Positions 44,672-54,268 of a stretch of DNA of 54,449 nucleotides are shown here, in pieces. Made by a program: the position numbers and the translations under genes. The first letter of the stretch is position 1; each line of letters begins with the position of its first letter. The notes under the pieces are model-generated. The model worked only from the letters and a program-made list of their open reading frames with translations. It searched no databases and was not told where the DNA came from. Source of the DNA: an uncultured Eubacteriales bacterium (lineage in GTDB: Bacteria; Bacillota; Clostridia; Christensenellales; CAG-138); assembly GCA_902794055.1 (NCBI GenBank), contig CADBGC010000008.1, positions 1-54,449 on the forward strand, in the 5' to 3' direction.

Positions 44672-45630
44672 GCTATCAGCCCCATAGCCTTCAAAAGCAG
44701 CATCAGAAGCGGCACCAGCACGAAGCAGCCGAGCGTTGTAAGGCTCATTCCGCCCGCAACAAAGCTTTCGTCCGCATCGTGCGCGGCGGCAAGCACGACC
44801 GCCTGGGTCATAACGGGCATTGCGGATTCCACGACCAGCACGCCCGAGGGCATCCCGCCGAAGCCGAAGAGCTTGCAGAGCGCAAGCATCACGAGCGGCG
44901 CAGCGATAAAGCGCATCAGCATCACGGCGATCATGTGCCTGTCGGGCTTCATGCTCTTGATTCCGTATTCATACAGCGCGTAGCCGATATAGAAAAGCGC
45001 GATCGGCGTTACGATATTGCCCATGTACCCCGAAAGCTTGATAACGGGTTCCGGCATTTTTACGCCGAGCGCAAGCAGGGGAAGGGAGATCGAAAGCACA
45101 ACGAGCGGCGGCGAAACCAGCTTTTTAAGGTTTTTAAACAGCCCCTTTTCATGGCTCTCGCCCTCGCCGCTTCGGCTGATAAGATAGTTTCCGACCGTCC
45201 AAAAAAGCGTTGTGTTCACAATATAAAAGCACATCACGAACGGCACCGCCGCGTCCCCGAAAAGCCCCGTGTTCATCGGAAGGCCGACGAAGATGGAGTT
45301 TGAAAATGCGCACATCGTTATGAACCCGCCGCGCCGCCTTGCATCCGGCTTCAAGATTTTAGCGAGTAGTATGCCCAAAAGAAGCGTTATCAGCATCGAA
45401 AGCGCGGGCAGAAGGAACAGCAGCACGGGCCTGTCCAACGAAGCCAGGTCGAGATTGCCGAACACGTTGTTCACAACGAGCGCGGGCATACCCGCCGAGA
45501 TGATGAGCTTTATCATCAGCCCCTTGTGCTCCTTTTTGATATAGCCGAGCTTTCCGAAAAGAAAGCCCACGCCGACCATGAACATCACGATCAGCACGGC
45601 GGATAGGGAATGGAGAGTTATTTCAAGCAT
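44668..45630 (-). CDS. AEC (auxin efflux carrier) family transporter
   Basis: 10-TM profile. The start is uncertain: ATG 45630 is preferred over the track's TTG at 45645, and neither has a good RBS. Confidence 0.75.
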   Translation of the reverse strand: MLEITLHSLSAVLIVMFMVGVGFLFGKLGYIKKEHKGLMIKLIISAGMPALVVNNVFGNLDLASLDRPVLLFLLPALSMLITLLLGILLAKILKPDARRRGGFITMCAFSNSIFVGLPMNTGLFGDAAVPFVMCFYIVNTTLFWTVGNYLISRSGEGESHEKGLFKNLKKLVSPPLVVLSISLPLLALGVKMPEPVIKLSGYMGNIVTPIALFYIGYALYEYGIKSMKPDRHMIAVMLMRFIAAPLVMLALCKLFGFGGMPSGVLVVESAMPVMTQAVVLAAAHDADESFVAGGMSLTTLGCFVLVPLLMLLLKAMGLIA

Positions 45631-45703
45631 AGTAAAAGAATTCAATAAAAAGTCGTTTGGTCGTTTGGAGAAGCGCTGAAGCTTTTATGAACCGAAAGCC
45701 GCA

Positions 45704-46162
45704 TCACAACAGCCGTTCAAGCTCCGCAAGGAGTCGTTCCTTCATCGCCGTTAATTCGGTATCCGATGGGCGATTATCATCGCTGTACATTTTATCCATA
45801 GGATACCACCATACGGGGCCTTTTCCGTTGCTGCCATAATCGCCGAGATCTCCGGTTTTTCTTGGAAACAGATGCCAATGCAGGTGCGTTTCTCCGTTGC
45901 CCAACAGCTCATAATTCATTTTTTCGGCGGTAAATGCATTCGATACGGCCTCCGATACGATACACATTTCCTGAAGAAACCTCGTTCTGAATGCTTCACC
46001 CAACTGAAACAATTCACTTTTGTGCTCCTTGCAGAGAAACAGCGTGTAGCCCCAAAAGTATTGATGATCCCCAAGCACAACGTAACCGGTGTCCAACTCC
46101 ATAACAAAATAAGGGTTCGTTCCGTTATGAATCATATTTATCCTATCGCAAATCAGACACAT
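45704..46162 (-). CDS. HIT (histidine triad) family protein
   Basis: HLHWHLFPR triad motif. GGAGGTG RBS. Confidence 0.85.
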   Translation of the reverse strand: MCLICDRINMIHNGTNPYFVMELDTGYVVLGDHQYFWGYTLFLCKEHKSELFQLGEAFRTRFLQEMCIVSEAVSNAFTAEKMNYELLGNGETHLHWHLFPRKTGDLGDYGSNGKGPVWWYPMDKMYSDDNRPSDTELTAMKERLLAELERLL

Positions 46163-46231
46163 TCTCGCACCTCCAAACTCCTGTTAATAAGCAATGCGGC
46201 ATGGTCAAACGCTCCGCAGATTTGCCGCGCA

Positions 46232-47392
46232 TTAGAATCCGCTGTAATCAAAATCGAAATACTCCTTCTCCCAGCCCTCGGAATAGCGCCAGCAGCGCAG
46301 GATATCCTCATCCGGATACAGCGCCTCAAAATAATAGTCCCAGATCGGCGCGAAGAAGTCGTCGGTCACGGCATAGTCGGGATGAGGGTGTTCCTTGGAG
46401 TAGTGGGAAACGGCGAAGAAGGTGGAAACGGGGAATGAATCCATAACCTCGCGCCGATCATCGGTCATCATCAGATATGAAAGCGGATCATAGGAGTCGA
46501 GTGCGTAGGTGGGATCGATATGATAGTCCTTCCCGTTTATGCGAACGTAGCTCCATTGATGCCCGAGATGGTCGTATTCGCGCGTGCCGCTCATAACGGA
46601 GGCCTCCACGCCCGCCTGCATCAGAAGATACGAATAGGCGATGGAAAGCTCGGCGCAAATACCCTTGCCTTCCCTGAAACAGCGCATGGAGCAGGCCTCG
46701 AAAACGTATCCCTGCTGAGTTCTGTCAAACATATCGTAATCGTACGTATAATTATCGGCAAAGTATTTATAGAGCGCCGCGCATTTCTCAAAATCGGAAT
46801 AATCGGGTTTCAGCACCTCGTTGAGGATGCCCTCGATAAACTCGATGAATTCCTCTATCCGCTTCGGGACCTCATCCTCGGGGATCGTGTAAACGAAGCT
46901 CGCAACGCCGTCCTTCACGGGCTCGCTGCGGTCGTATGCATAGTCCGTTATTTCGTAAAGCAGCGGGAAGCAGGGATCGCGGAACTGACCCATCACCCAG
47001 TTGTAGGTATCGTTATCCGGGCAGGCAAAGGTGGTTTCGCCCGCCATCACCGCATCCACAAAATTATACCAAGCGTCGACCATGGTTTGCCCGAAAACCT
47101 CCTGCTGATACACGGATGCGACCTTCGGCTTGAACACAAAGCGCGCGGGAAGCTCGGGCGTGGGCTCCTCGGTGGGCGCTTCGGTGGGCGCGCTCGTCGG
47201 CTCCGCTGTCGGCGCACTCGTCGGCTCCGCCGTCGGTTTGCTCGTCGGTGCGGCGGTGGGCTCGGCGCAGTCCGGCGTCACGACCTCGGCTGTGGGCTTT
47301 GCGGTAGTGTCCGCGGGCGGCTTGGGGCTGCAAGCAAAAAGCGAAGCAAATAAAACTGTGAGCAGGATCGCAAGTATACGCTTATTCATCAT
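46232..47392 (-). CDS. Lipoprotein with a Pro/Thr-rich linker and a transglutaminase-like cysteine-protease core
   Basis: Lipobox LFAC, PTAEPTSA repeats, and a Cys...His...Asp core (GKGICAELS ... HQWSYV ... HIDPT). Confidence 0.7.
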   Translation of the reverse strand: MMNKRILAILLTVLFASLFACSPKPPADTTAKPTAEVVTPDCAEPTAAPTSKPTAEPTSAPTAEPTSAPTEAPTEEPTPELPARFVFKPKVASVYQQEVFGQTMVDAWYNFVDAVMAGETTFACPDNDTYNWVMGQFRDPCFPLLYEITDYAYDRSEPVKDGVASFVYTIPEDEVPKRIEEFIEFIEGILNEVLKPDYSDFEKCAALYKYFADNYTYDYDMFDRTQQGYVFEACSMRCFREGKGICAELSIAYSYLLMQAGVEASVMSGTREYDHLGHQWSYVRINGKDYHIDPTYALDSYDPLSYLMMTDDRREVMDSFPVSTFFAVSHYSKEHPHPDYAVTDDFFAPIWDYYFEALYPDEDILRCWRYSEGWEKEYFDFDYSGF

Positions 47393-47481
47393 TTTGCACC
47401 CCTTTCTCCATCAGACACTTTGAAAGTATTAAACAACAGGTTTGTCGCCAAATCGCGGCGGTTAGCTCCGCAAGCTCGAAG

Positions 47482-47838
47482 TTATCTGCGTATCAAAACG
47501 CCTTTCATATACTGCGTTTCATTATGCGTTTTATAGACTTCCAGCTTTTCCTCCTCGGTACAGCCGATCAGTATCTTGATCTCGGAGTCGCGCTTCATTA
47601 AATCTACGATGCACATGATGGCATCGACCGTTTTCTTGCCGCTCCCGACCCATACGTCAATTCCTGCTCCATCAATAGAGGAGGTATTTTTCAGGTATCC
47701 GTAATCGACCCGATAAAGGAAATTCGGAAACTTAGGATGGGCAGTTCCTTTTGGTCTGTCGATCACGATCTCGGAAGCGTTCACAAGCTCATCCAATGCG
47801 TTCCAAAAATCTTTATTGAATTCGTTACAAGCGTTCAT
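47482..47838 (-). CDS. Small cytoplasmic protein, inorganic-pyrophosphatase-like (weak family call)
   Basis: The block IDRPKGTAHPKFPNFLYRVDYGYL..DGAGIDVWV resembles the PPase-fold family. The ATG at 47838 follows a GAAGGAAAA RBS. Confidence 0.55.
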   Translation of the reverse strand: MNACNEFNKDFWNALDELVNASEIVIDRPKGTAHPKFPNFLYRVDYGYLKNTSSIDGAGIDVWVGSGKKTVDAIMCIVDLMKRDSEIKILIGCTEEEKLEVYKTHNETQYMKGVLIRR

Positions 47839-47880
47839 TTTTCCTTCGGTCAACTCCCAATTTACAGTGTTGCGGCAATC

Positions 47881-48057
47881 TCAAACCCTATCCCGCGCCG
47901 CCAAAACGCGGCGGATAATATCATTTGCAGGCTCGGAATGCACCGAGCAGATGATGCGTCTGTTTCCCGCGTGAAGAACAAAGCCCCTTGCTGAGCAGAT
48001 GGGGGAGCAGTTTACTTCGCCGTATTCATAGGTTTCTGGCTTTCTGAATTCGCTCAT
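47881..48057 (-). CDS. Unlisted small ORF (58 aa), hypothetical
   Basis: Below the track's length cutoff. It reads MSEFRKPETYEYGEVNCSPICSARGFVLHAGNRRIICSVHSEPANDIIRRVLAARDRV*. A truncated paralogous copy lies at 48379-48500. Confidence 0.4.
   Translation of the reverse strand: MSEFRKPETYEYGEVNCSPICSARGFVLHAGNRRIICSVHSEPANDIIRRVLAARDRV
47900..47976. repeat. 77-bp direct repeat, copy A
   Basis: It aligns with 48418-48494 with about 7 mismatches (hand count). Confidence 0.8.
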
Positions 48058-48135
48058 AATCAGCCATTGTCATTGGGCGAATCGTCAACTCTTCTCCGTG
48101 ATTTTCGATTTAACACCATCCATACAAACGGGGAT

Positions 48136-48378
48136 TTAGGGATGATTCAGATCCGATGTCCGATCAGAGTAATCGATAACTACCTTCGAACACGATCTGC
48201 ACAGATATGCCAGCACAGCCGAGCCCTTCATAAACGACAGCTTGGAAAGAACCACCGAACCCTCATGAAACATAGCCCTTCCGAAGGCCGGACGCTTGGT
48301 TCCCTTTTTCCAACAGAGCTCATGGGGACTTTGAATGATCCCTGCTTCCATCTCTTTATTGCAATACGGACATTTCAT
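48136..48378 (-). CDS. Small zinc-ribbon protein (MKCPYC...CRSC), DUF6487-like
   Basis: 80 aa with CxxC pairs at both ends. Confidence 0.6.
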   Translation of the reverse strand: MKCPYCNKEMEAGIIQSPHELCWKKGTKRPAFGRAMFHEGSVVLSKLSFMKGSAVLAYLCRSCSKVVIDYSDRTSDLNHP

Positions 48379-48417
48379 AGCTCATTCCTCTCTGCTTTTA
48401 CCTCATGATTCTGCGTC

Positions 48418-48494
48418 GCCAAAACACGGCGGATAATATCCTTTGCAGGCTCGGAATACGCCGAGCAGATGATGCGCCTGTTTCCGGCATGAAC
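48418..48494. repeat. 77-bp direct repeat, copy B (within a truncated paralogue of the 58-aa ORF)
   Basis: On the minus strand it reads ...VHAGNRRIICSAYSEPAKDIIRRVLATQNHEVKAERNEL*, and the stop overlaps the ATG at 48378. No convincing start codon. Confidence 0.8.
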
Positions 48495-48545
48495 CAACGG
48501 GGCTGCCGCCAAGCGGCGCAGCCCCGATAAAAACCTAATTCAAAC

Positions 48546-49880
48546 TTACTTGCTTATCTTCCTGCACTCGAGGTAATACCTCTTCTCATGCGCTTCGCCC
48601 ATCGAGAAGGTCTTTCTCGGGAGCGCGCCGTCGAAAACAACGGTCTTGAACAGGTCGCCCTTCGCCATCGGCGGGAGCAGGAAGCCCATGTTCGAGGGCT
48701 TGGTGCCAAGCTCGTTCACAACGTCCTCGCCGTGGATGTAGTCGATAACGGCGCCTTCGGTCTTCTTGAGAAGCACGTCGAGCGCGTTCTGGAGCGTGCC
48801 GACCTCGAGCTGAGCCGCGGGCTTTTCAACCACGATCATGCCGAGCTTGTTTTCCATGCAGAAGGGGATAGCATGAGTGCCCTTTTTAAGCTCCTTCATA
48901 GCGGAAGCCATGCAGTGCGGGCAGTCGAAGTACTGAACGGAAGCGTTGCCGTTCTGCTTCTCAAGCTCCGCCTCAAGCGCCTCGATGAAGGCGGGGGCGT
49001 TGATATTGAAGATAACGCGGTGGATGGGCTCGAACACGATGCCGTCGTCGTGCACGTTCTCAAGCTCAACAAGCGCATACCTTGCGGGATGGTTTTCGCG
49101 CTCCTCCTCGGGAAGGGTCGCCTTGAGCTTCTCCCAGTTCGCCTTCGCGGTGGCAAAGCTGTGGTTGCCGTCGCCCATTGCGAAGAGGAGGGGGGGCATC
49201 TTCTGACCGTACTTGTTTTCATCAACAAGGCCCATGATGCCGTCGATAACGCCCTTGATCATCGCTTCGTCGTTGATCAGCCAGCCCTCAACGTGGCCGC
49301 CCGCCTGCATGAGCTCGAAATCGTAGAGCTGCTCGGCCTTGTCCAGCTTCTCGGCAAGGGGCTCGATAACGGTCTTATGCTCGTCGTCGATAAGAACGAT
49401 GATATGGGGAAGCTCCACAGTCGCGGCCTCGCGGATGCGAAGGCGCGGGGGGATGCGCTCAACGATCGTGCCCTCGGTGGCGCGGATGAGCGTGGTGGAA
49501 CCCTTGCTATAGTCATAGCACTCAAGATCGAGCGCAACAACGAGACCGTTACGGGTCTTGCCGTCCACGGTGCGGCGGGTGAAAACGAAGCCTTCGCCGC
49601 GGTTCTCGAGGATGCCGGTCTTAACGTATTCGTCCATGGTCCTGCGGATCTCCGCGATGCGCTCGGCCTCGCCGGGCTTTTCAAGGTAGATCTCGGGGAG
49701 CATAAGGCGCAGGGTGGAGGGAGCGTCGCCGACGATCCTCTCGCACTCGTTCCAGTAATCGGGCTGGGAGGTGTACTGATCGCACGCAACGACCGCCCAC
49801 TTGGTAAGGTCAACGCCCTTCTTGGGCATCATCAGCTCCGGCACCTTGATGCCGATATTGTTTTCAAACTTCTTGCTCAT
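48546..49880 (-). CDS. DUF1015-family protein (444 aa)
   Basis: The ATG at 49880 follows a GGAGG RBS. The N-terminus reads MSKKFENNIGIKVPELMMPKKGVDLTKWAVVACDQYTSQPDYW. The family call is from memory. The 517-aa antisense ORF is rejected. Confidence 0.75.
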   Translation of the reverse strand: MSKKFENNIGIKVPELMMPKKGVDLTKWAVVACDQYTSQPDYWNECERIVGDAPSTLRLMLPEIYLEKPGEAERIAEIRRTMDEYVKTGILENRGEGFVFTRRTVDGKTRNGLVVALDLECYDYSKGSTTLIRATEGTIVERIPPRLRIREAATVELPHIIVLIDDEHKTVIEPLAEKLDKAEQLYDFELMQAGGHVEGWLINDEAMIKGVIDGIMGLVDENKYGQKMPPLLFAMGDGNHSFATAKANWEKLKATLPEEERENHPARYALVELENVHDDGIVFEPIHRVIFNINAPAFIEALEAELEKQNGNASVQYFDCPHCMASAMKELKKGTHAIPFCMENKLGMIVVEKPAAQLEVGTLQNALDVLLKKTEGAVIDYIHGEDVVNELGTKPSNMGFLLPPMAKGDLFKTVVFDGALPRKTFSMGEAHEKRYYLECRKISK

Positions 49881-50130
49881 TTTGGCCTCCGTAAGAATAA
49901 TAAGTATGCCTTGCCTTTCGGCAGTTCCAAATGCCATTTTACAACATTTCTTTGCGAATGGCAACTTAAAAAGGGCGCGGGGATAAATATATACGGGCGG
50001 CGAACCTCTTTATTTTACTTTACCGCCAAAACCGCGCATCTTACCTCCGCTTCCATGCCTCTTGCGCCAAAACCGATGACTTTTTCCCCCGTTCGTGCTA
50101 TACTCATTTCGCCGGCTGAAAGGAGAGAAT

Positions 50131-50574
50131 ATGAAGGTTGAAATAAGGATAGATAAGAGCATTTCAAAGAGCGAGATAAACGCGCTCATCACATGCCCAG
50201 AGGTCACCGAAGCGGTGCTCGAAGCGCAAAGGCTTCTATTGGGGCTCGGCGAGGGCGAAGCCGTGATAACGGGCACGGAGAACGGGCGAACTGTCATAAT
50301 CGAGCGGCAGGAGCTGTTCGCAATAAAGAGCGAAAACGGCAGAACGCAGCTCGTTTGCAAAGAAAAAAGCTTTGAAAGCCCCAAGCCGCTCAAGGATTTT
50401 GAAGGCCTGCGCGATTTTATGAGAATTTCAAAATCGTGCATCGTCAATCTTAAAAAGCTCAAGCTCGTGGAGCCGCATTACAGCGGGCTGATGCTTCTAA
50501 CGCTCAAAAACGGCTCCAAGGAATACATCTCAAGAAAATATCTGCCCGATCTAAAGAAATATCTCGGGCTGTGA
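50131..50574 (+). CDS. LytTR-domain DNA-binding protein
   Basis: C-terminal FMRISKSCIVNLKKLKLVEP...KEYISRKYLPDLKKYL. The ATG at 50131 follows an AGGAG RBS. Confidence 0.8.
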   Translation: MKVEIRIDKSISKSEINALITCPEVTEAVLEAQRLLLGLGEGEAVITGTENGRTVIIERQELFAIKSENGRTQLVCKEKSFESPKPLKDFEGLRDFMRISKSCIVNLKKLKLVEPHYSGLMLLTLKNGSKEYISRKYLPDLKKYLGL

Positions 50575-50585
50575 AAGGGGAAAAT

Positions 50586-51008
50586 ATGAAAAAACTTCTA
50601 TCTGCCGCATGGGGCGGCATCAAGATCGCCAGCACGGTGTTCGTTATCTCAAGCTTTTTCGTTGCGCTTTCTTCGGAGGAAGGGGTTTTTGCCTCCACAA
50701 GCGGAATGCTCCGCTTATGCATCTCAACCTTCGCCATAGGTCTTGGGTTCGGCATACCGTCGCTCATCTATGAAACCGAGCTTTCAATGCCCGTCAAGGT
50801 GCTTGTCCACATGGGCATCGGCTGCGCGGTGATGATCGCTGCCGCGATAGTCAACGGCTGGGCGCGCGTTGAAAACGGCGGAATCTTAGTAAGCCTTGCA
50901 ATCATCGCGGGGCAGGTCGCAATAGCGTTTATCATCTGGTTCATTCAGTACAGAAGTGCGAAGAAGCTTGCAAGCGAAATGAACAGCAGGCTGAAAAGCG
51001 AAAAATAA
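50586..51008 (+). CDS. Four-TM membrane protein (DUF3021-like partner of LytTR regulators)
   Basis: Translationally coupled to the LytTR gene, with four hydrophobic helices. Confidence 0.6.
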   Translation: MKKLLSAAWGGIKIASTVFVISSFFVALSSEEGVFASTSGMLRLCISTFAIGLGFGIPSLIYETELSMPVKVLVHMGIGCAVMIAAAIVNGWARVENGGILVSLAIIAGQVAIAFIIWFIQYRSAKKLASEMNSRLKSEK

Positions 51009-51052
51009 CGGATAAAACTCCGAACAAAGAGAATAAAGAAAAGCAAAAACGA

Positions 51053-51076
51053 GCCGCCCGCAGCATCGCGGGCGGC
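51053..51076. terminator. Bidirectional terminator hairpin between convergent genes
   Basis: GCCGCCCGC-agcatc-GCGGGCGGC. Confidence 0.6.
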
Positions 51077-51100
51077 CCGAGCCGTATTCTGAGCAAATAA

Positions 51101-52189
51101 TCAAATATCCTTCCGCATAAACCGCATTTTCCCGAAGAACAGCGCGGCAAGCGCGATCGCGCACCATATACCGAGCGTCCAAAGCTCACTGCCCGCAAAC
51201 GCGGTCGCGGGGTGATCCGCTATGAACCATTTTCCGCAGCTTTTAAGAAGCGCGGCGGGAGTCATGCGGATGGCGGTGGTGAATATCCCTGCGTTGTTCA
51301 CAATTTTTATCGCGGTATGCGCGCCGAAGAAGATCGCGGCGGTGCAGACCGTAACAAGATAGCTGTTGTTGCAAAAATACTGCGCCGCGCCCACGATCAA
51401 GCCCATTATGAGCGTCAGCATCAGCGCAGCGGCTATGCCGAGCATCAGCTCCTGCGCCAAGGTGAGCGGGAAGAAGGTTATGAACAGCTCCCGTTCCATC
51501 ACCGTAAATGCGCTTACGCTTGTGCTCCAAAGCCCCTCCATCGGAACGAGGGCGAGAAAACCCGCAAGGCTTCCTGCAAGTATGATAAACGAAAGCAGCA
51601 TTCCGAAAAGCAGCCCCGCGCCGAGCTTTACTCCCATGATCCTTCGCCCGACTGCGCTTGCAAAAACCAGATCATCGGTATGATTTATGCGCTCATAGTC
51701 CATCAGATACAGCACCGAAAAGCAGGTGATTATAAGCATTCCAACTATTGCGAAGCTCATGGTGGAATACAGCGTGCCGTGGACCTCGAACGTCGCGCCC
51801 GGGTAGAACGGGCCGTCCGTTTCGCCGCTTGCCTTCATTTCGTCCACGCGCCTTTGAAGCCTTTCGTAGTTGCCGCGAATGAACTTCTCATAGCCGCCCG
51901 TCGGCGCAAAGCCGAGGCTTTCCTTCTTCATTTCAAGCTGCTTGAGCATATCGAGCCCGTCGTATGCGCCCGCGTAATTCTCGCGGTACCTCGCGTAAAG
52001 CTCGAAAGCCCCGCCCTCGCTCGACCGCTTGAGAAGCACGGTGTGCATTTCGTGCAGATTCCGCTGAAAATCGTCATAGCCGACCGAGGTATGCGTTAAA
52101 ACAAGGTTCAGCGCGATGAAAAGCGCCGAAAGCACCCAAAGCAGAGGGAAACGCAAAAGCTTTTTGAATTCGTAAATAAATATCTTCAT
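51101..52189 (-). CDS. ABC-2-type transporter permease-like membrane protein
   Basis: Polytopic, with an N-terminal TM helix, a large loop and five further TM helices. It overlaps the upstream gene by 4 nt. Confidence 0.6.
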   Translation of the reverse strand: MKIFIYEFKKLLRFPLLWVLSALFIALNLVLTHTSVGYDDFQRNLHEMHTVLLKRSSEGGAFELYARYRENYAGAYDGLDMLKQLEMKKESLGFAPTGGYEKFIRGNYERLQRRVDEMKASGETDGPFYPGATFEVHGTLYSTMSFAIVGMLIITCFSVLYLMDYERINHTDDLVFASAVGRRIMGVKLGAGLLFGMLLSFIILAGSLAGFLALVPMEGLWSTSVSAFTVMERELFITFFPLTLAQELMLGIAAALMLTLIMGLIVGAAQYFCNNSYLVTVCTAAIFFGAHTAIKIVNNAGIFTTAIRMTPAALLKSCGKWFIADHPATAFAGSELWTLGIWCAIALAALFFGKMRFMRKDI

Positions 52190-53394
52190 AGTATATCCCG
52201 CACCTTATCGCGTTTCAGCATAATAAGCACTGCTGCTGAAATTGCGGCAAATACAAGCAGCGTTATACAGGGCTTGATAACGGCAGCGGCGATCGAAGGC
52301 GAGGAGAACAGATACAGCGGATTTCGCACGAGCATATAAAAGCCGAATACAAGCGCCGCCGCCACCGGCAGGGCGATGCCGAGCCCAACGATATGGCTAT
52401 TTGCAAGCCTGCCGATGAAGTATGCCGAAAGCGAAGCGCAAACGGAGAAAAGCATCACCGCCGCCGCATGGATAAGCAGATAGCTACCGAAGCTGATATC
52501 CGTCCAAAATCTCCAGCGATCAAAGCTGCTTATGTCGCAGGCGATAAACCCAAGCGTGCCGCTGCGCCAAAGTAGCAGGGCGTAAACAAGGTCAAGAAGA
52601 AGCCCTACTCCGAGCCCGAAAAGCGCGCAGGTTTTTGCCTGAACTGCGAATATCCCGCGCCCCGCCGAGCTTGCAAGCTGAATATCGCGCATTCCGCGAA
52701 GCCTCTCTTTGATAAGGCAGGGGAGGATCAAAACGAAGCAAAGTATCGCCGAAAGAATTAAGAGCTGAATTAAGCCATCCCGAACGTTGTCCACAGCCGT
52801 ACGCGGGATAAGCGAAATGCTGCCGGTGCAGGTTTCCCGATACCTCTCCGCGACTGCCGCGTTTCTATACGGCGCATCGCTCGGAACGTATCCTTCGCCC
52901 TTTGCTTCATCATAATCCCTTTCGTCGGCAAGTGCGTGAAGATCGTCCTTGCGGCTGATAAGGTAATCCATTTCGTGCAAATAGTCGAACAGCGGAGAGG
53001 TGTTCTCATCCAAAATATAAATGCGATTCTTTTCCATCTGCATCTCGATCGCCTCTTCGCTCGTTGTTGGAGTAAAAACGACGGGCGGCGTATGGATAAA
53101 GGTTTCATAATCATATATCCCGTTCTTGCGAAGGATCTCGCTGCTTCTAATACTCTCGTTTATCCGCTCGAGAACGGCTTCGCGCTTAGCTAAAAACGCA
53201 TCCCATTCATCACTCGAAAGCTCGCGACCGAATTCGGCGCGAAGCTCTTCATATAACCGTGTCTGACGAACGGTCCATCTCTGCGAGAGAGGGGAGTTCA
53301 GGAAAAGAAAGGTATAAGCGACGGAAAATGCCGCAAGTATCAGCACGATCAGCGGACTTAAAAGCTTTTTCAGTTCCTTTAAAAGCAGCCTCAT
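52186..53394 (-). CDS. ABC-2-type transporter permease-like membrane protein (second)
   Basis: The ATG at 53394 lies 1 nt after the ATPase stop codon, whereas the track start at 53454 overlaps the ATPase gene. Same topology as its neighbour. Confidence 0.6.
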   Translation of the reverse strand: MRLLLKELKKLLSPLIVLILAAFSVAYTFLFLNSPLSQRWTVRQTRLYEELRAEFGRELSSDEWDAFLAKREAVLERINESIRSSEILRKNGIYDYETFIHTPPVVFTPTTSEEAIEMQMEKNRIYILDENTSPLFDYLHEMDYLISRKDDLHALADERDYDEAKGEGYVPSDAPYRNAAVAERYRETCTGSISLIPRTAVDNVRDGLIQLLILSAILCFVLILPCLIKERLRGMRDIQLASSAGRGIFAVQAKTCALFGLGVGLLLDLVYALLLWRSGTLGFIACDISSFDRWRFWTDISFGSYLLIHAAAVMLFSVCASLSAYFIGRLANSHIVGLGIALPVAAALVFGFYMLVRNPLYLFSSPSIAAAVIKPCITLLVFAAISAAVLIMLKRDKVRDIL

Positions 53395-53395
53395 A

Positions 53396-54268
53396 TCAGC
53401 TCCATTTCGCGGAATCGTCCGCATCCCTGTACGCAACGAGGAAAAAGTCCTCAAGATCGGGCGTGCAGAGCGTGCCTTCCGCCTTTTCCTCGGAATAGAA
53501 GCGCACGCTCGCCCCGCCGCGCTCCTGCCTTGAGGAAAGCAGGAAGCCGCCGCCGATATTCATGCGCTCCCCGTTCGGGATAAAGGTTTCGTAAACCCTG
53601 CCCTCAAGCTCGGCGCCGATGGCGTCCACCGTGTCGTTTCTGTAGATGCGCTTATCCTTCAGCATGATAACGCGGTTTGCGATGGACTCTATATCCGAAA
53701 CGATATGCGTGGAAAGTATCACGATGCGATCCCTTGAAAGCTCCGAGATGATGTTGCGAAAGCGCACGCGCTCCTTGGGGTCGAGCCCCGCTGTCGGCTC
53801 GTCAAGTATCAGTATCTTCGGATCGTTCAGCATCGCCTGCGCTATGCCTACGCGCTGAAGCATTCCGCCGGAGAATTTGCGCATCTTGGTGTTTGCGCTC
53901 TCGCTAAGTCCAACGAGCTCGATAAGCTTACCAATGCGCTCCTTAAGCCCCGCCTTGGGAACGCCCTTGAGCGCCGCAAGATAGTCGAGGTACTGCACGG
54001 GAGTATTATTCTTGTAAAAGCCGAATTTTTGCGGCAGATACCCGATAAGCGAGCGGTACTCCGCACCCAGCCTGCGTATTTCCGCGCCGTTATAGAGTAT
54101 TTCGCCCTCGGTCGGCGCAAGCAGCGTGGTTATCATCTTTATAAGCGTGGTTTTGCCCGCGCCGTTCGGCGCAAGAAGGGCATAGGTGCCGTTTTCAAAA
54201 TCGAGCGAGATATGCTCGATCGCCTTGAATTTGCCGTAGTATTTTGTAACGTCAGAAACCGTAAGCAT
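53396..54268 (-). CDS. ABC transporter ATP-binding protein
   Basis: Walker A LAPNGAGKTT, signature FSGGMLQRV and Walker B ILILDEPT. The ATG at 54268 follows an AAAGGTGG RBS. Confidence 0.9.
   Translation of the reverse strand: MLTVSDVTKYYGKFKAIEHISLDFENGTYALLAPNGAGKTTLIKMITTLLAPTEGEILYNGAEIRRLGAEYRSLIGYLPQKFGFYKNNTPVQYLDYLAALKGVPKAGLKERIGKLIELVGLSESANTKMRKFSGGMLQRVGIAQAMLNDPKILILDEPTAGLDPKERVRFRNIISELSRDRIVILSTHIVSDIESIANRVIMLKDKRIYRNDTVDAIGAELEGRVYETFIPNGERMNIGGGFLLSSRQERGGASVRFYSEEKAEGTLCTPDLEDFFLVAYRDADDSAKWS

Noticed and set aside
47165-47265. 24-bp-period tandem repeat (gctcgtcggctccgc.gtcggcgca-like)
   Set aside because: It lies inside the lipoprotein gene and simply encodes the PTAEPTSA Pro/Thr-rich linker, so it is ordinary coding low complexity.
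48588-50141. 517-aa plus-strand ORF
   Set aside because: It is antisense to the DUF1015-family gene. Its translation is repetitive and Gly/Ala/Leu/Val/Asp-rich, and it would run across that gene's RBS and promoter region.
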